A DNA stretch of 63,205 bases, filler included, from Olpidium bornovanus S191 (Eukaryota; Fungi; Olpidiomycota): assembly GCA_017911155.1 (NCBI GenBank). It is 28 parts of 28 records of this genome, joined end to end, with 100 filler letters (N's around TTAATTAATTAA, not from the genome) between each part and the next. Parts side by side here need not be neighbours in the genome. Positions count along the whole stretch, not along the records: positions 50,290 to 51,593 come from JAEFCI010000600.1; positions 51,694 to 53,329 come from JAEFCI010003305.1; positions 53,430 to 54,916 come from JAEFCI010000155.1; positions 55,017 to 57,015 come from JAEFCI010001624.1; positions 57,116 to 58,346 come from JAEFCI010001429.1; positions 58,447 to 61,823 come from JAEFCI010004983.1; 22 more parts are not named here. One strand, given 5' to 3'. The position numbers and the translations under genes are program-made. How positions within the stretch are numbered: position 1 is the stretch's first letter; the number at the start of each line of letters is the position of its first letter. Positions 50,585 through 61,823 of the stretch are shown here, in pieces. The notes beneath the pieces were generated by a model, which made no database searches, was not told the origin of the DNA, and saw only the letters and a program-made list of their open reading frames with translations.

Positions 50585-51593
50585 ATGCAAAAAGTCACAG
50601 TGTTCAGAACAGCCACCCTGAGGAACGCGACCCTGGCAGTGGCGCTTCTCTTCGGCCTCCACCTCCTGTACACCTTCGTGTACCCTAGGGTCCAAAGAGC
50701 TGGGAAGCCGAACCCTGACCGCTTGCCCGCGCCCGCTTATAAGCCGCTTGCAGCCGATGTGCGGTCGGTAGCGGCGGAAGATCAGGTGGAGAGCGTCCGC
50801 CCAACCGGTCCGCCTGTCTATCAAGGGAGCGCCGCCGAGGCCGGCGGCGCGGCGGACGGCAAGGACGAGCGGCCGCGCGCCGCGCTCGTTGTGCTCGCGA
50901 GGAACTCGGAACTGGCCAACATGAGGCAGACGATGAGGGAACTTGAAGACAGGGTAACGTGGCCGCTCCGCCGCCGGGATATAGCTCGGCGGCGGATTTT
51001 CCCGCGCTTGCAAAAAAAAAAACAAAAAAAACGAGCGACGCCGACGTTCGCGCGTTTTCTATGCTGATGAAGCCGCCTGCTCATCGCCTCCTGCCATAGT
51101 TCAACCGAAACCACCTGTATGATTGGGTTTTCCTTAACGACGAGGAATGGACAGGTGGGGTGATTGTGTGTGCCGCTGAGGGTTGGTGCCGCACCGTTTA
51201 ATTTCAAATTCGGTACCATATCGTCTTTCGTCGGCACGACCTTTCCAACTTCTAGACGAGTTCAAAGGTGCGGTTGCGCGGTGCCGCAAAATGTCGCCGT
51301 TGACGTCACCCGTGGGCGTTTACTGACGGCGCAAATCACGGGGGATGAAGAAATGACTTCATCGCTGACAAAAGCCACAACCAAGTACGGTGTAATTCCT
51401 CGGGAGCACTGGTCCTACCCTGACTGGATCAATGTAACAGAGGCCGACGCCGCCCGGGCCAAGATGGAGGCTGAAAAGGTCATTTACGGCGGATCGCTAT
51501 CGTACCGGCACATGTGCCGGTTCAATTCTGGTTTCTTCTTCCGCCACGAGCTTCTGAAGGACTACGAGTTTTACTGGCGCGTCGAGCCCGGGG
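50585..51593 (+). CDS. Alpha-1,2-mannosyltransferase, KRE2/MNT1 (GT15) family, 3' truncated
   Basis: Type II TM anchor, AALVVLARNSEL..MRELEDR|FNRNHLYDWVFLNDE, EHWSYPDWI, YGGSLSYRHMCRFNSGFFFRH..YYWRVEP-type motif (YEFYWRVEP). Confidence 0.96.
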
Positions 51594-52227
51594 NNNNNNN
51601 NNNNNNNNNNNNNNNNNNNNNNNNNNNNNNNNNNNNNTTAATTAATTAANNNNNNNNNNNNNNNNNNNNNNNNNNNNNNNNNNNNNNNNNNNNCATGACG
51701 ATGGAGCCGTGGCCGCGTTGGCGTGGTATAAAGTCCTCGAGACACAGAATCCTGCCGAACCTTTTTATCTTTTATTTATTTTTTATTTTCTTTTTTGTAA
51801 ATTTTTTTTTTTTTTTTTTTTTTTTTTTGCTCACAGAACCTGTGAAATCAAATATAATCTGGGCCAACGCGAGAGGGGTGGCCAGCACCTCACGTGCAGG
51901 GCCGAACGCCACACGAAGTTCTCGGCCTTCGAATTATCCGCCCTCTGTCTGCAACATCCGAAAAAAAAAAAATATAAGAAAAAAAAATAAAATCACATTC
52001 CGAAAACAGCGAACGCGCCCCGCGCGCGCCACGACCGCGGGCCCGCGTCGCTGGCAGCCACGCCACGCTCCCCGCGTGCAAACGGTCCGCCCGGTCGCGT
52101 TCTGTGAACGCGCGACCCCCCCCCCCCCCCCCCCACTCTTACTCTCTTCCCCCGGGTTTCTCTCGCGGCGCGTGCCCTCCCTCGCCGGTTTGTCGTCGTA
52201 GGGCCGGCCGCCGCGGCGGAGAGCGGC

Positions 52228-53329
52228 ATGTGGCCGTTCCGCAGGAAGAAAGCCGAGCGGGACCGGCGCTGGGGGCCGCTGCGGGCGCGTTCGGAGGAGC
52301 GACCGTCGCCCGAACCGGCCTTCAGCAGACCGCCGCAAAGCGCCACCCGACACCCGCAAAGCCCCACCCGTCCAGCGCGTTCGTCGTCGCTGCCCCTCCA
52401 GCAGCTGCCGCCCCTGCTTCCCCTCCCTCTCCCTGTGTCCGCGTCGGTCGGTTCGGGGACGACTTCGAAACACGAACGTCCGTCTTCGCTGCTGGACGAA
52501 ATAATACACGAGTGGATGCAGACGAGGGAAACGGAAACTTCGGAGGAGTCGACGAGAGATTCCGCTTTAGATTTATCGGGTGCGTCGCCGTAGTTTCCGT
52601 GCCAGACGTATGCGGCGCGCGACCGCGGCCGGCGCGGCAAATCCATCAAAGCTGACTTTTGAACACGGGCAGGTTCTCTGTTTTCGACCTTGGACATATC
52701 AGTCGATTACGATCGCAAGTTTGCTCTGTCGCCGGCAAATGTCACGATGTTGGCGACAACGGCGCGAAAAGTTGGGTGGAAGTCATCAGGGACAAAGCGT
52801 CAGACGGCGATTAGTGAGAGGAGGAACTCGGCGCCGGGGCCTGCAGAACAGCATACGCGCAAGGTTCCGTGTTTCAATGTGTTGCAAATATTTTCTCGAA
52901 AAAAGACGGCGGACGAGGCATCTAAAACGACGGAGAATTCGCCGGAGCGGCCAAGGAGGCCTCACTCGCTATCAATGGGGCCCGAAGGGGCCGCCTTGTC
53001 GACAACTCCGGAAAGCTCTGCCCATCGCTCGGTGGCCTCGCGCCCAAACAGTGGTGGTCGTCTTCCGGCCCGTTATTCGAATATCCACGATCTGCCATTT
53101 GACGGTGAACCAAGACCCCACCTGGACCAATGGTGGCGAACCGTCATCGACGGTCCGGCTCACACAGACGACAACACAGAACTTAGCGGAGGTCGATCAA
53201 CGCGTTCGCAGGATGTATCGGCGCCTACCGTCCCGGAGACGGGACACGGCATCCAATCCGCTCAATCGGGAAAGGAATGGTCCATTAAGGATGACGCGGC
53301 AATACCTGACGGTCACGCTTTTCCACATG
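52228..53329 (+). CDS. Hypothetical S/P/R-rich protein (2 exons, truncated)
   Basis: MWPFRRKK... ORF joined by a GTGCGT..CAG intron to the 52690 ORF. No recognisable domain. Confidence 0.55.
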
Positions 53330-53576
53330 NNNNNNNNNNNNNNNNNNNNNNNNNNNNNNNNNNNNNNNNNNNNTTAATTAATTAANNNNNNNNNNNNNNN
53401 NNNNNNNNNNNNNNNNNNNNNNNNNNNNNCGCGTCCGGTCTCTTCCCTCGCGGTTCCCACGCGGGGCTCCGAGCTTGCGGGGGAGGTGGGGGGGGGGGGG
53501 GGGGGGCGGCCGGGGGGGGGGGGGGGCGGGGGGGTCCCGGTTTCTCCCCCCCCGGTGTAAATTTGCAAGCGGGAGG

Positions 53577-53609
<33 letters not shown>

Positions 53610-53641
53610 ACAAGTCGATCTGTAGCTGGGAAGTATCGCAC

Positions 53642-54798
53642 CTCGCCCTGGGCGACCATAACCAGGTGGACCTCCCCTCCGAGCTTGGACTGGCGCCTGT
53701 GGAGCGTATACCACTGGTCTACCTCGCGCGCGTTGAAGACCGCGTGCACCGGGATGACTGCGCTGCCTGGAAAATTCCATTGTAGGGGCAATTTTTTTTT
53801 ATTATTTTTGGCGGAGCAAAGAATCAACCCAAAATCGCCGAACTAAGGATGTGGTTCCAGCGCCGCATCCGCCTTTCAGCGGCTTGTTTCCCGTTTTATA
53901 AAAGCAGCGTCTGCGTTTTTTTTTTCGTTTATGCGGTAACGCGGGGCGCATTTATATAAGCAATAAAAAAAAACTTAACGACCCGAGTTGTGCAAACGTT
54001 TACCCAAGCGGTCGTCCTTTGTGAATTTATCTTTGTCATAGACGGAAACAAACAGCTGGAGAAAATTCGTGCGCCCGCGGGTCAAATGTCAAATCTTCCC
54101 GGGAAGAGGAAAAAAACCGAAACGACACCTGCGAGTTTTCCGGGTGTATGACGAGCTCGAAGGTCTCGTTCCAGTGCGGCGTGGATCCGGCTGGCGCATA
54201 ATAAATTCTTCGTTCGTTTTCGGCAACTGGGAACCGCTTTCCCCCCGCTCTCCCCACCTTAACGGGCACGCCATTTTGATCAATGGTGGACGGCACAAAG
54301 TTTCCGCCAACGCTTCGTACCATTCTTCTTGACGGAAGTCTTAAACTCCTGCCCCGGCTTGATCCAGACCTTTGCATACGGATCTGTCTTGGTGATCGCT
54401 GAGTGTGCGAACCGTAACCCACCGTCCCCCCCACTTTCGTCAACGACTGACGCACAAATAGAACAGGGGGGAAAAAAAGCTTGCGTCGCTGTCTCCGCCG
54501 TGATGTCTATCGCATGGCACACCCGTCCTCCCGCCCTGCTCACACAGTATGCTATCCCTCGAACGAAGCCCTCTTCGTGAACAACGTGTTCGGAAAGACG
54601 AGACGTGAACAACACCCACCCCCCCAAAAAAAAATTAAAAAAGGTTTCGGAAAGACGCGGTTTGTTCCTCAATTCAGCCACAAGCAGTCAAAGCTTGTTT
54701 TTACGATAAAAGATTACTTTTGGCCTCGCTCGAGCTGCACTCCGTTACCTCGCCTCCACCACCGTGACCCGGAGCACCCTCGGGTTGTTTGACGACAT
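53642..54798 (-). CDS. N-terminal C2-domain protein (multi-exon, truncated)
   Basis: MSSNNPRVLRVTVVEAR|..TDPYAKVWIKPGQEFKTSVKKN|..TPHWNETFELVIHPENSQ|..AVIPVHAVFNAREVDQWYTL..GGEVHLVM. Confidence 0.85.
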
Positions 54799-56059
54799 GG
54801 GCCCGGGCGGAATTGCTGCTTGACGACCCCAAAACACGACGCCTGCCCCGCTCCCCTCCCCCTCCTCCCGCGTCTGCGCGGCCGGAAAGGGCGTCTTCTT
54901 TCTGATGGGTGCGGGCNNNNNNNNNNNNNNNNNNNNNNNNNNNNNNNNNNNNNNNNNNNNTTAATTAATTAANNNNNNNNNNNNNNNNNNNNNNNNNNNN
55001 NNNNNNNNNNNNNNNNCACTGATGTGGGCGGAGAGGTGGACACGACTTCGGCGGGCCGCCACGCAGGCACAAGAGATGCAGCTTGCGTTTGTTCTCGGGC
55101 GGTTTGGCCTTGTGGCAGAAAGGCCGAATATTTCATGAAGGGGTCGATGTGGCTTTGGGGTTGTATCGGGAACGGTGTGCTTGTTAGGGGTGCCTGTGCG
55201 CACGTTGAGAGGCATGCGCGGGTGGGGGGAGGAGAAATCTTGGGAAGGTTCACTGCTCGGGTGGGCACCAGTTGAAGGCGGGACAGACAACATCGCTGGC
55301 AGAATCTCTGGCAGAAACGGAAGGAAAACGTGACGGGGATGTTGGAATTTTCCCACGTGACCCGACACCACCCAGGAACAACTGACGCAGGATGCAGCAA
55401 CAACACCGCAGCAGACAGAACCGCGCGGTGTGAATGCCCGATGGAAGCATGCGGATCAGAGAAATCGCATTCAAGCTGCGGAATCCTGGTTTCCGCAAAA
55501 GGGGTGGCGCAGCACACCCCTGAACCCCCCAAGCCCGTGCGCAAGAGGCACGGGGCACAGGGGGAAAATCTCCCCCTTCCCCAAAGGGGGGAAAGGGGGG
55601 CAGGGGGGAAAGGGGCAAGGCCCCGAGCGCACTCGGAAAGGGAGGAAGGTTTTAGAAGATTCTGACGGGTTCCGGCAGACGCGCTTTTCCATACAGACGG
55701 AGAGAAGTAAAGGGGAGGAGCTCACGGGTATAAATAAAGCGAGGAATCCAGGATTCCTTGCACCTCATCTCCTCCACCCCATCCCTTTACACCGATGTTC
55801 TGTTTACCTAGCATTTTTAATAAAAGTCGTGGAAGTGCTTTAAGCAGACGAGCGTTTCGGACTGAATAAGACCTTTAGATTGCACTTGTGCAATTGGAAG
55901 GGAACTGGATCTTCGATCGCACGTTAGCCGGAAGGCCCCGCGCGTCTAGAAGTGTGGCTGTCTTCTTGTGCATATACCTACCCACTGTCTGGGGTGACAA
56001 TACGGAATCCTCGATTCCATCACCCTAACACCTCAATTTCTAAGAGGGGAAATATGGGG

Positions 56060-56330
56060 GTGAAACCGGTGGGGAAATGCGGCGGGAAAACACGGTGGGG
56101 AAACGCGGCGGGGAAATGCGGCGGGGAAACGCGGCGGCAAAATGCGGCGGCAAAATGCGGCGGCAAAGCGCGGCGGGGAAACGCGGCGGGGAAATGCGGC
56201 GCGAAAACACGGTGGGGAAACGCGGCGGGTAAACACGGCGGGAAAATCCGGCGTTGAAACGTGGTGGGGGATCACGGCAGGAAAATGTGGCGACAAAACA
56301 CGGCGGAAAAATGCGGCGGCGAAACACGGC
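56060..56330. repeat. Minisatellite, ~12-14-bp unit AAA(T/C)GCGGCGGG(G), about 20 copies
   Basis: Directly visible tandem units. Confidence 0.93.
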
Positions 56331-56553
56331 GGGGGGAAGGGAAGGGGGGGGGTGTGACAGCGGGGATGAGGGTCTTTTATATCCCTGGCCCACAGCTTGT
56401 TTTAGTTTCAAAACGACGTCGCATGGCAACGGAGTAGCCATCATAAAGCTACAACACATCTTGGGCATGACAGACAAAGGATATTGTTACAACTATCAGC
56501 TTGATAAAGGCATGCTATTCCTCCTCTCCGGTTAAACCCAGGTCAAACCGCCA

Positions 56554-56745
56554 TTAGTTTACAAACCAATTACCCTCTGGTTTGTGGATCCAGCTGGATC
56601 GAGTGACCATGTGCGATGACCGTTCAGCAATGATCTCCTCTGTAGTTTTTGCCACTTCGCACTTTCCCATAACACAATTGTGATGGATAGGAATCGGCGA
56701 ATCCACTTCTGAAGACCGAATGTACTCCAAGTTTTCGCCTCTTCA
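56554..56745 (-). mobile_element. Possible C-terminal remnant of a fungal DNA-transposon ORF (HNC-x4-C...ER...H...N motif)
   Basis: PIPIHHNCVMGKCEVAKTTEEIIAERSSHMVTRSSWIHKPEGNWFVN* in low-GC intronless DNA. The resemblance is from memory only. Confidence 0.3.
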
Positions 56746-57357
56746 AAATAGAAATGAACCCAGAGGAGCAACACGAGTTTCTTCTCTTTGATAATCAAGT
56801 ATGAAATCAAACGGCCGTATAATTCATAGACATCGAAGCTTGGAACGATGCAGCTGACGCAAAAATATTGCATCGGATAAGTCTGGAGCAACGATATCTT
56901 CAAGGATGGCGTACAACAGCCTGGTTTGGCCTTTCTGGATGGTTATTGCGATGCTTGTCCCAATCCGGCACGATGCTCTGTTTGGGAGTTGACACACCGA
57001 AACCTGGTGATCATGNNNNNNNNNNNNNNNNNNNNNNNNNNNNNNNNNNNNNNNNNNNNTTAATTAATTAANNNNNNNNNNNNNNNNNNNNNNNNNNNNN
57101 NNNNNNNNNNNNNNNCATGAAGCCAAAAAATCGGAACCTGATTAGTGACACCAAGAAACGGAGGTAAGAGGATTAGGAAACCCCGTTTATGAGGGGAAGA
57201 ACTGATGAACAGCAGTGGAACAGCAAGTTTCAGAAAGAAAGCAGGCCTTTGCACTGAGGCTCGTTATTATACTGGCGGGGCTTGACTCAGGTTTGGTCTG
57301 AAACCTGAACCACGCCTAGTGACCTTAGGAAGAAAACCAGACTCCCCAAGGGTCAGG

Positions 57358-57602
57358 GGTGGCTCCCAAACTACGCGCGCTAATGTTTCCAAACACTTCC
57401 TGCGAGCCACTTTTGCTTGCGGCCTCTTGAGGGGGTGCTCCTGGGGGACCAAGTCCAAAGCTATGTACACCTCGTAGGACGCACAAAACGAGAGTCAAAC
57501 ACTCCTCAGGATGCCCTTTTTGGTCCGATCCAAAAAGGCCAGAGAGATTCTCACCAAATGTTTTGCCGGACCAAAAACAGCCTGTTTGCAACTCGCCTAA
57601 AC
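57358..57602. repeat. Dispersed ~245-bp repeat, copy 2 (inverted relative to copy 1)
   Basis: The reverse complement reads TGTTTAGGCGAGT...GGGAGCCA and aligns with 22309-22554. Confidence 0.93.
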
Positions 57603-58110
57603 AACCCATGAGGATCTTCTCGATACAGAGAGTCTCGGCTTTGGAAGGTGGCGAAAGACATGTCTGGGCCAGATTTGAAGAGGTGCGCTCGCTTTGACTG
57701 GAACAGCAGATTGTGTGATGCTGGAGCTTCACACTGCTAACAGTAAGTTGGCTACCTCAGCTCCCAGCCAAGCTGTTAACTGACCACTGTATGTTGCAGG
57801 CAGCTGGCAATGGTATAGTTTATACATAAATATAATATTAATCTATCCATGCCTCCCTGCCTGCTTTCCGCTTCTGTCCATGGAGCTGGTGTGCCTCGAT
57901 GGCGACGGGGAAGGCAGGGGAAGCCGGTTTGTTAAATTGTGTTTTGGTGAGGGTGAAGCGCGAATTCACTGTGGACGCACCCCTGGGGAGAGGGGTTTTC
58001 CCCACCCCTCCTCGGGGGAGCCGCCCAGCCCACCGGTGAGTACGCCCGGAGAGCACGATCGGCGCCCGCATCTGCATCTGCCTCTGCATCGGCAGCCGGC
58101 CTATGCCGGG

Positions 58111-58317
58111 GACGCGTTGGAGCGCTCCCCGGGAGGCGGCACCGGCTTCCGCGAAAGCGCCCCTGCGCGGCGCGATTCGACGCGTTGGAGCGCTCTCCGG
58201 GAGGCGGCACCGGCTTCGGCGAAATCGCCCCTGCGCAGTACGATTCGACCCGTTGGAGCGTTCCCCGGGAGGCGGCACCGGCTTCGGCGAAAGCGCCCCC
58301 TACGCCAGTAACGATTC
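58111..58317. repeat. 68-bp GC-rich tandem repeat, 3 copies
   Basis: GAC(G/C)CGTTGGAGCG..CCGGGAGGCGGCACCGGCTTC.GCGAAA.CGCCCC at 58111, 58179 and 58247. Confidence 0.95.
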
Positions 58318-58754
58318 AGAGGAATAATCCGTTCACGTGCGCCATGNNNNNNNNNNNNNNNNNNNNNNNNNNNNNNNNNNNNNNNNNNNNTTAATTAATT
58401 AANNNNNNNNNNNNNNNNNNNNNNNNNNNNNNNNNNNNNNNNNNNNCATGGTAACCCCACGTCTAAACAACAATTATCGGCGGAACCGTCCGTGCAGACC
58501 TGCCCGATAGGAAGAACCGCAGCTGCGGCGCCCCAGACCGCCGTAAGCACATCCGAAAAAGAAGAGCCAACGGGAAAACTCTTCACGCGGCTATTACATT
58601 TGCGGGCGAGGTGCCCATTAGGGCAGTTCTGGTTTACGTACGACCTTTTCTATCTAGTCTAACCCGCCACCCTCTCTGGTTCAGAAACTGGTGGGAGTGG
58701 GGGGGTGTGAGGGGAGAGGAGCTGCGGTTTTATTTTAAAAAAGAAGATTTAAAA

Positions 58755-59690
58755 TTAAGGCCGCGAAGTGCACTCAATGTTATCGCCAGCAAAGTCCAGA
58801 TCAAAATGCATGCGTTGCTGCGTGATTTCTGGATCGGTAGTCAGCATGAAGCCAAGACCGTTAGGCTGCTCGCCGGCCGGCGTAAATGCTTGCATCAACT
58901 GCGTCCGCATAGCCTCGCCGATCACGCGGGGTACTGTGTTGCGGACGAGGGGAGACAATGCGGTCTTGGAAACGAGCTTGGCGGCGGCTTGGGAAAGATT
59001 CCACTTGCGGTCGTCTGTGTATACTTTGACCTCCCCGATATCGCCGACGGCGCTGGTGACCGTCGCAACTAGGTTGCCTTTATCGTTACTGAAAAACACT
59101 CGGCAGTCGACTGCGGCATTCTGTGGTCCTCGACCGAGCCGAAAACATTGTAAACATCGGGGTACGCAAGCAGACCTCCCCCTTTCCGCACGCGACCCCC
59201 CCCCCCTCCCCACCCCCCCGAAATGCTGTGCCGCTTTCCGCACCTGGATCCGGGCAGCCATCGTCCCCGTCATCGATCCGGGCGCAATCGAGGTGTAAAA
59301 CGGGATAACCTCGTAGTTTGCCGAGAGGGTCCCGGAGAAAAAGACGTTCCCATCGGCGTAGCCGTCCTGGAGGGTAACCTTGGTCCGGCTCTCGTCGAAC
59401 TCGAAGTCTCTGAGCATAATGTTGAACAGCCGGTAGTTCCAGAAACCGGCTAGCGAACCTTCGATGTTCTTGAACTTTACGGCGTTGGCGAATTTTTTCA
59501 TCACGGGGAGGAAGCGCTTGGATTCGAAAAACCGCTTGGTTAGAGTAACGCTGAACGCGAGCTCATTGTCGGCGTCGCGGTCTGCGGGGTCCGTCGGCGG
59601 GGAGGCGACCGGTGCTGGCGTCCCCGCGGCCCCGAGGACGGTCAAGACGAAGACGAAGACGACGGCGAGTCCGACGGAGAGGAGCTTCAT
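58755..59690 (-). CDS. Secreted single-domain BPI/LBP (TULIP)-like lipid-binding protein, about 270 aa (exons 59690-59244 and 59120-58755)
   Basis: Signal peptide MKLLSVGLAVVFVFVLTVLGAA. Body follows the BPI N-terminal domain pattern: KNIEGSLAGFWNYRLFNIMLRDFEF..TKVTL, NDKGNLVATVTSAVGDIGEVKV..W, amphipathic helix, FMLTTDPEIT..MHFDL. Confidence 0.7.
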   Translation of the reverse strand: MKLLSVGLAVVFVFVLTVLGAAGTPAPVASPPTDPADRDADNELAFSVTLTKRFFESKRFLPVMKKFANAVKFKNIEGSLAGFWNYRLFNIMLRDFEFDESRTKVTLQDGYADGNVFFSGTLSANYEVIPFYTSIAPGSMTGTMAARIQVRKAAQHFGGVGRGGGSRAERGRSACVPRCLQCFRLGRGPQNAAVDCRVFFSNDKGNLVATVTSAVGDIGEVKVYTDDRKWNLSQAAAKLVSKTALSPLVRNTVPRVIGEAMRTQLMQAFTPAGEQPNGLGFMLTTDPEITQQRMHFDLDFAGDNIECTSRP

Positions 59691-60551
59691 GGCTGCGTTC
59701 GGGCGTCCGGAGCTGCGGAGGGGAAGGAAGAGGGTGGAAGACGAGGGCCGCGTTTCCGCGGCCGGAAGGGCGCGGAAAATGAAAACAGAGCGGAGTGACC
59801 GCGTGTGTTTTGTTGCACTCCCCCCATTTCCCCTTTCCCCCTTTCCCCCTTTTCCCCTTTCCCCCACAACAACAACAACAACACCATCACCACCACCACC
59901 AAACTAACAAGACAGCCCCGTGCAAAATGTGCAGAGGGATTAGAGCCGCCGCGCTCTTCACAGGCTTTGCTGGAAAGCTTGCCGATGAGGATGGAAGTGG
60001 AAAGCGAGCCGCACGAGCGGGCGGACAGTGTGCGCGGCAGCAAACGGGTCCGCGGTAGTTGGGTCGCGGGAAATACCCGGCGCGAAAGTAGTCTGCAAGC
60101 GCGCACTGTGCCCGGTGACATATTCCACGTGGCCGGCTACTTCTGTGGGGATTGGGGAGACCGAAAAAAATTGGAAGCCGAGCCGAGGCCTGAACGCACT
60201 ACGCGCTCCGGCCCCGTCCACACTCGCTGAAAGAACATTTCTCGCAGAACAAGCTGTCATTTTCCGTCGAAAACTATGGTGCGTATCTTGTGGGGGCGCG
60301 TGCACTGTAGCAAGAATTTCCCTCACACGGCTGCGACCGAAGTAGGTTTCGAAAGCACCGTTTTGGACCTCGGACGTGACGTTGGTCCAGAACGCTTGGC
60401 CTCAAAAAATTTTCCTTGACTCCCGCCCAAACATAACGAAAGTATGCCGCCTTAACAATGACAGGCTAGACTAGGATTTTTCGTTGGTCCTATACGTCCG
60501 TTGCACAAATTCCGTACTTTACCTACGCCAACTAAAGCGACGTAATTCACG

Positions 60552-61823
60552 TCACGTGGCACGTCCTTCGTCTTTTTGCCATTGTTCACCGAAGCCGCCA
60601 CCTCCGTCCTCCTCCGTCCACTCCTGCTCGCACGTCTCTTTCGCCGCCTGACGCTTGCGGCCAATAAGTGGAGACTTTGCCTGGGTGAGAGCCTTCCCCG
60701 ACTGGTGGATATGCACCCGCGCGAAGTTGCGAACAGGCTGGGCGTGGTGCACGAGGTCCTTGCGGAAGCGGCGCAGTTCCTCACGGGCGCGTTTCTGGAG
60801 GGCAAGCGGAGGACAACGTTCCTGTTAATACGATAGCGGTGTTTTCCCGCACGTGGGCCGGCCGGGAGGAGAACGCCCAAGCACCTCACCTCATCAGCGA
60901 CTCTCGCCTCCTCCCGAGTCCTCTCTTCCTCCCTCTCCTTCTCCCGTTGCTGCTCGGCAAGCCGCCGCCGCTCCTCTGCCCGGATGTCCGTTTGCAGTGT
61001 CACGTCCTCCGTGGTCGTAAGCTTCTTCGACGACCTCTTAGGCACGAACGGCACATTGGTGGCGAGAGGGGCGACCTGCGCGCTGAACTTGTTTTCCTTC
61101 TCGCGGAGTGCTCGGTCATCCTCCAGCTGCTTCCGCAGTCGCGCCTGATACGCCTCGCCGCGCAAGTCTGTGCGGAAGTGAAATGGCGCCGGCGCCGGCC
61201 TGTCCCGAGCTTTCTTCTTCTCCGGCTTCTTCGTCGCCAGTGCCTGAGCAGCGTGGACAGGGAACGGAAGCCGCCGCGTCAACCCTTCGAGCACCACTTC
61301 AGCAGCGTTCTCCTGTTCCTCAAATATCGGGCGGGGCGAATTCTCACCCCTCCCGATTATTCCCCACCTCCGAAAAGTCCGGCAGCGGGTTCGCCTTGAA
61401 CCTGCGCGCACTCTCCTCCTGCTCCCGTAACCGTCTCAGAAGCTCCTGTTTCTCTTTTAAGCGCGCAGCTCGAACAGACTCCCCCAGCAACGTAAAAGGC
61501 GCAGGCTTGATCGTGCGGTGGGAAATTACGGGCCGGAACGGATTGTCCAAGACCTCGTGCGGCACGGGATTGGCGCGCACAGTGGTGGAGGCCGGGGCAA
61601 TGTCTGATTCGACAAAGTGACGCGGGTCAGGACGCTTGCTGAAGCGCGGGGAAATCGGAGCCGTGAGCTGTGGTTTCGCGATCTTCGGCACGCCGAGATC
61701 TCCATGGCTTTCAAAGATCTGCCGGATAGCGAATGCGCGGGGTGTCCTCACGAACATTAAAAAAATGCTCTGCATACTTTCTCTTGGTTCCTACCAAACT
61801 TCTCGCTGATGCCAAGAGCAAAG
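60552..61823 (-). CDS. TPX2: TPX2-domain microtubule-associated protein, C-terminal part
   Basis: RRFKANPLP, PFHFRTDLRG, FSAQVAP..VPFVPKRSSKKLTTTEDVTLQTDIRAEERR..EKERE, ELRRFRKDLVHHAQPV..QSGKALTQAKSP, matching the TPX2 C-terminal domain. Confidence 0.85.
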
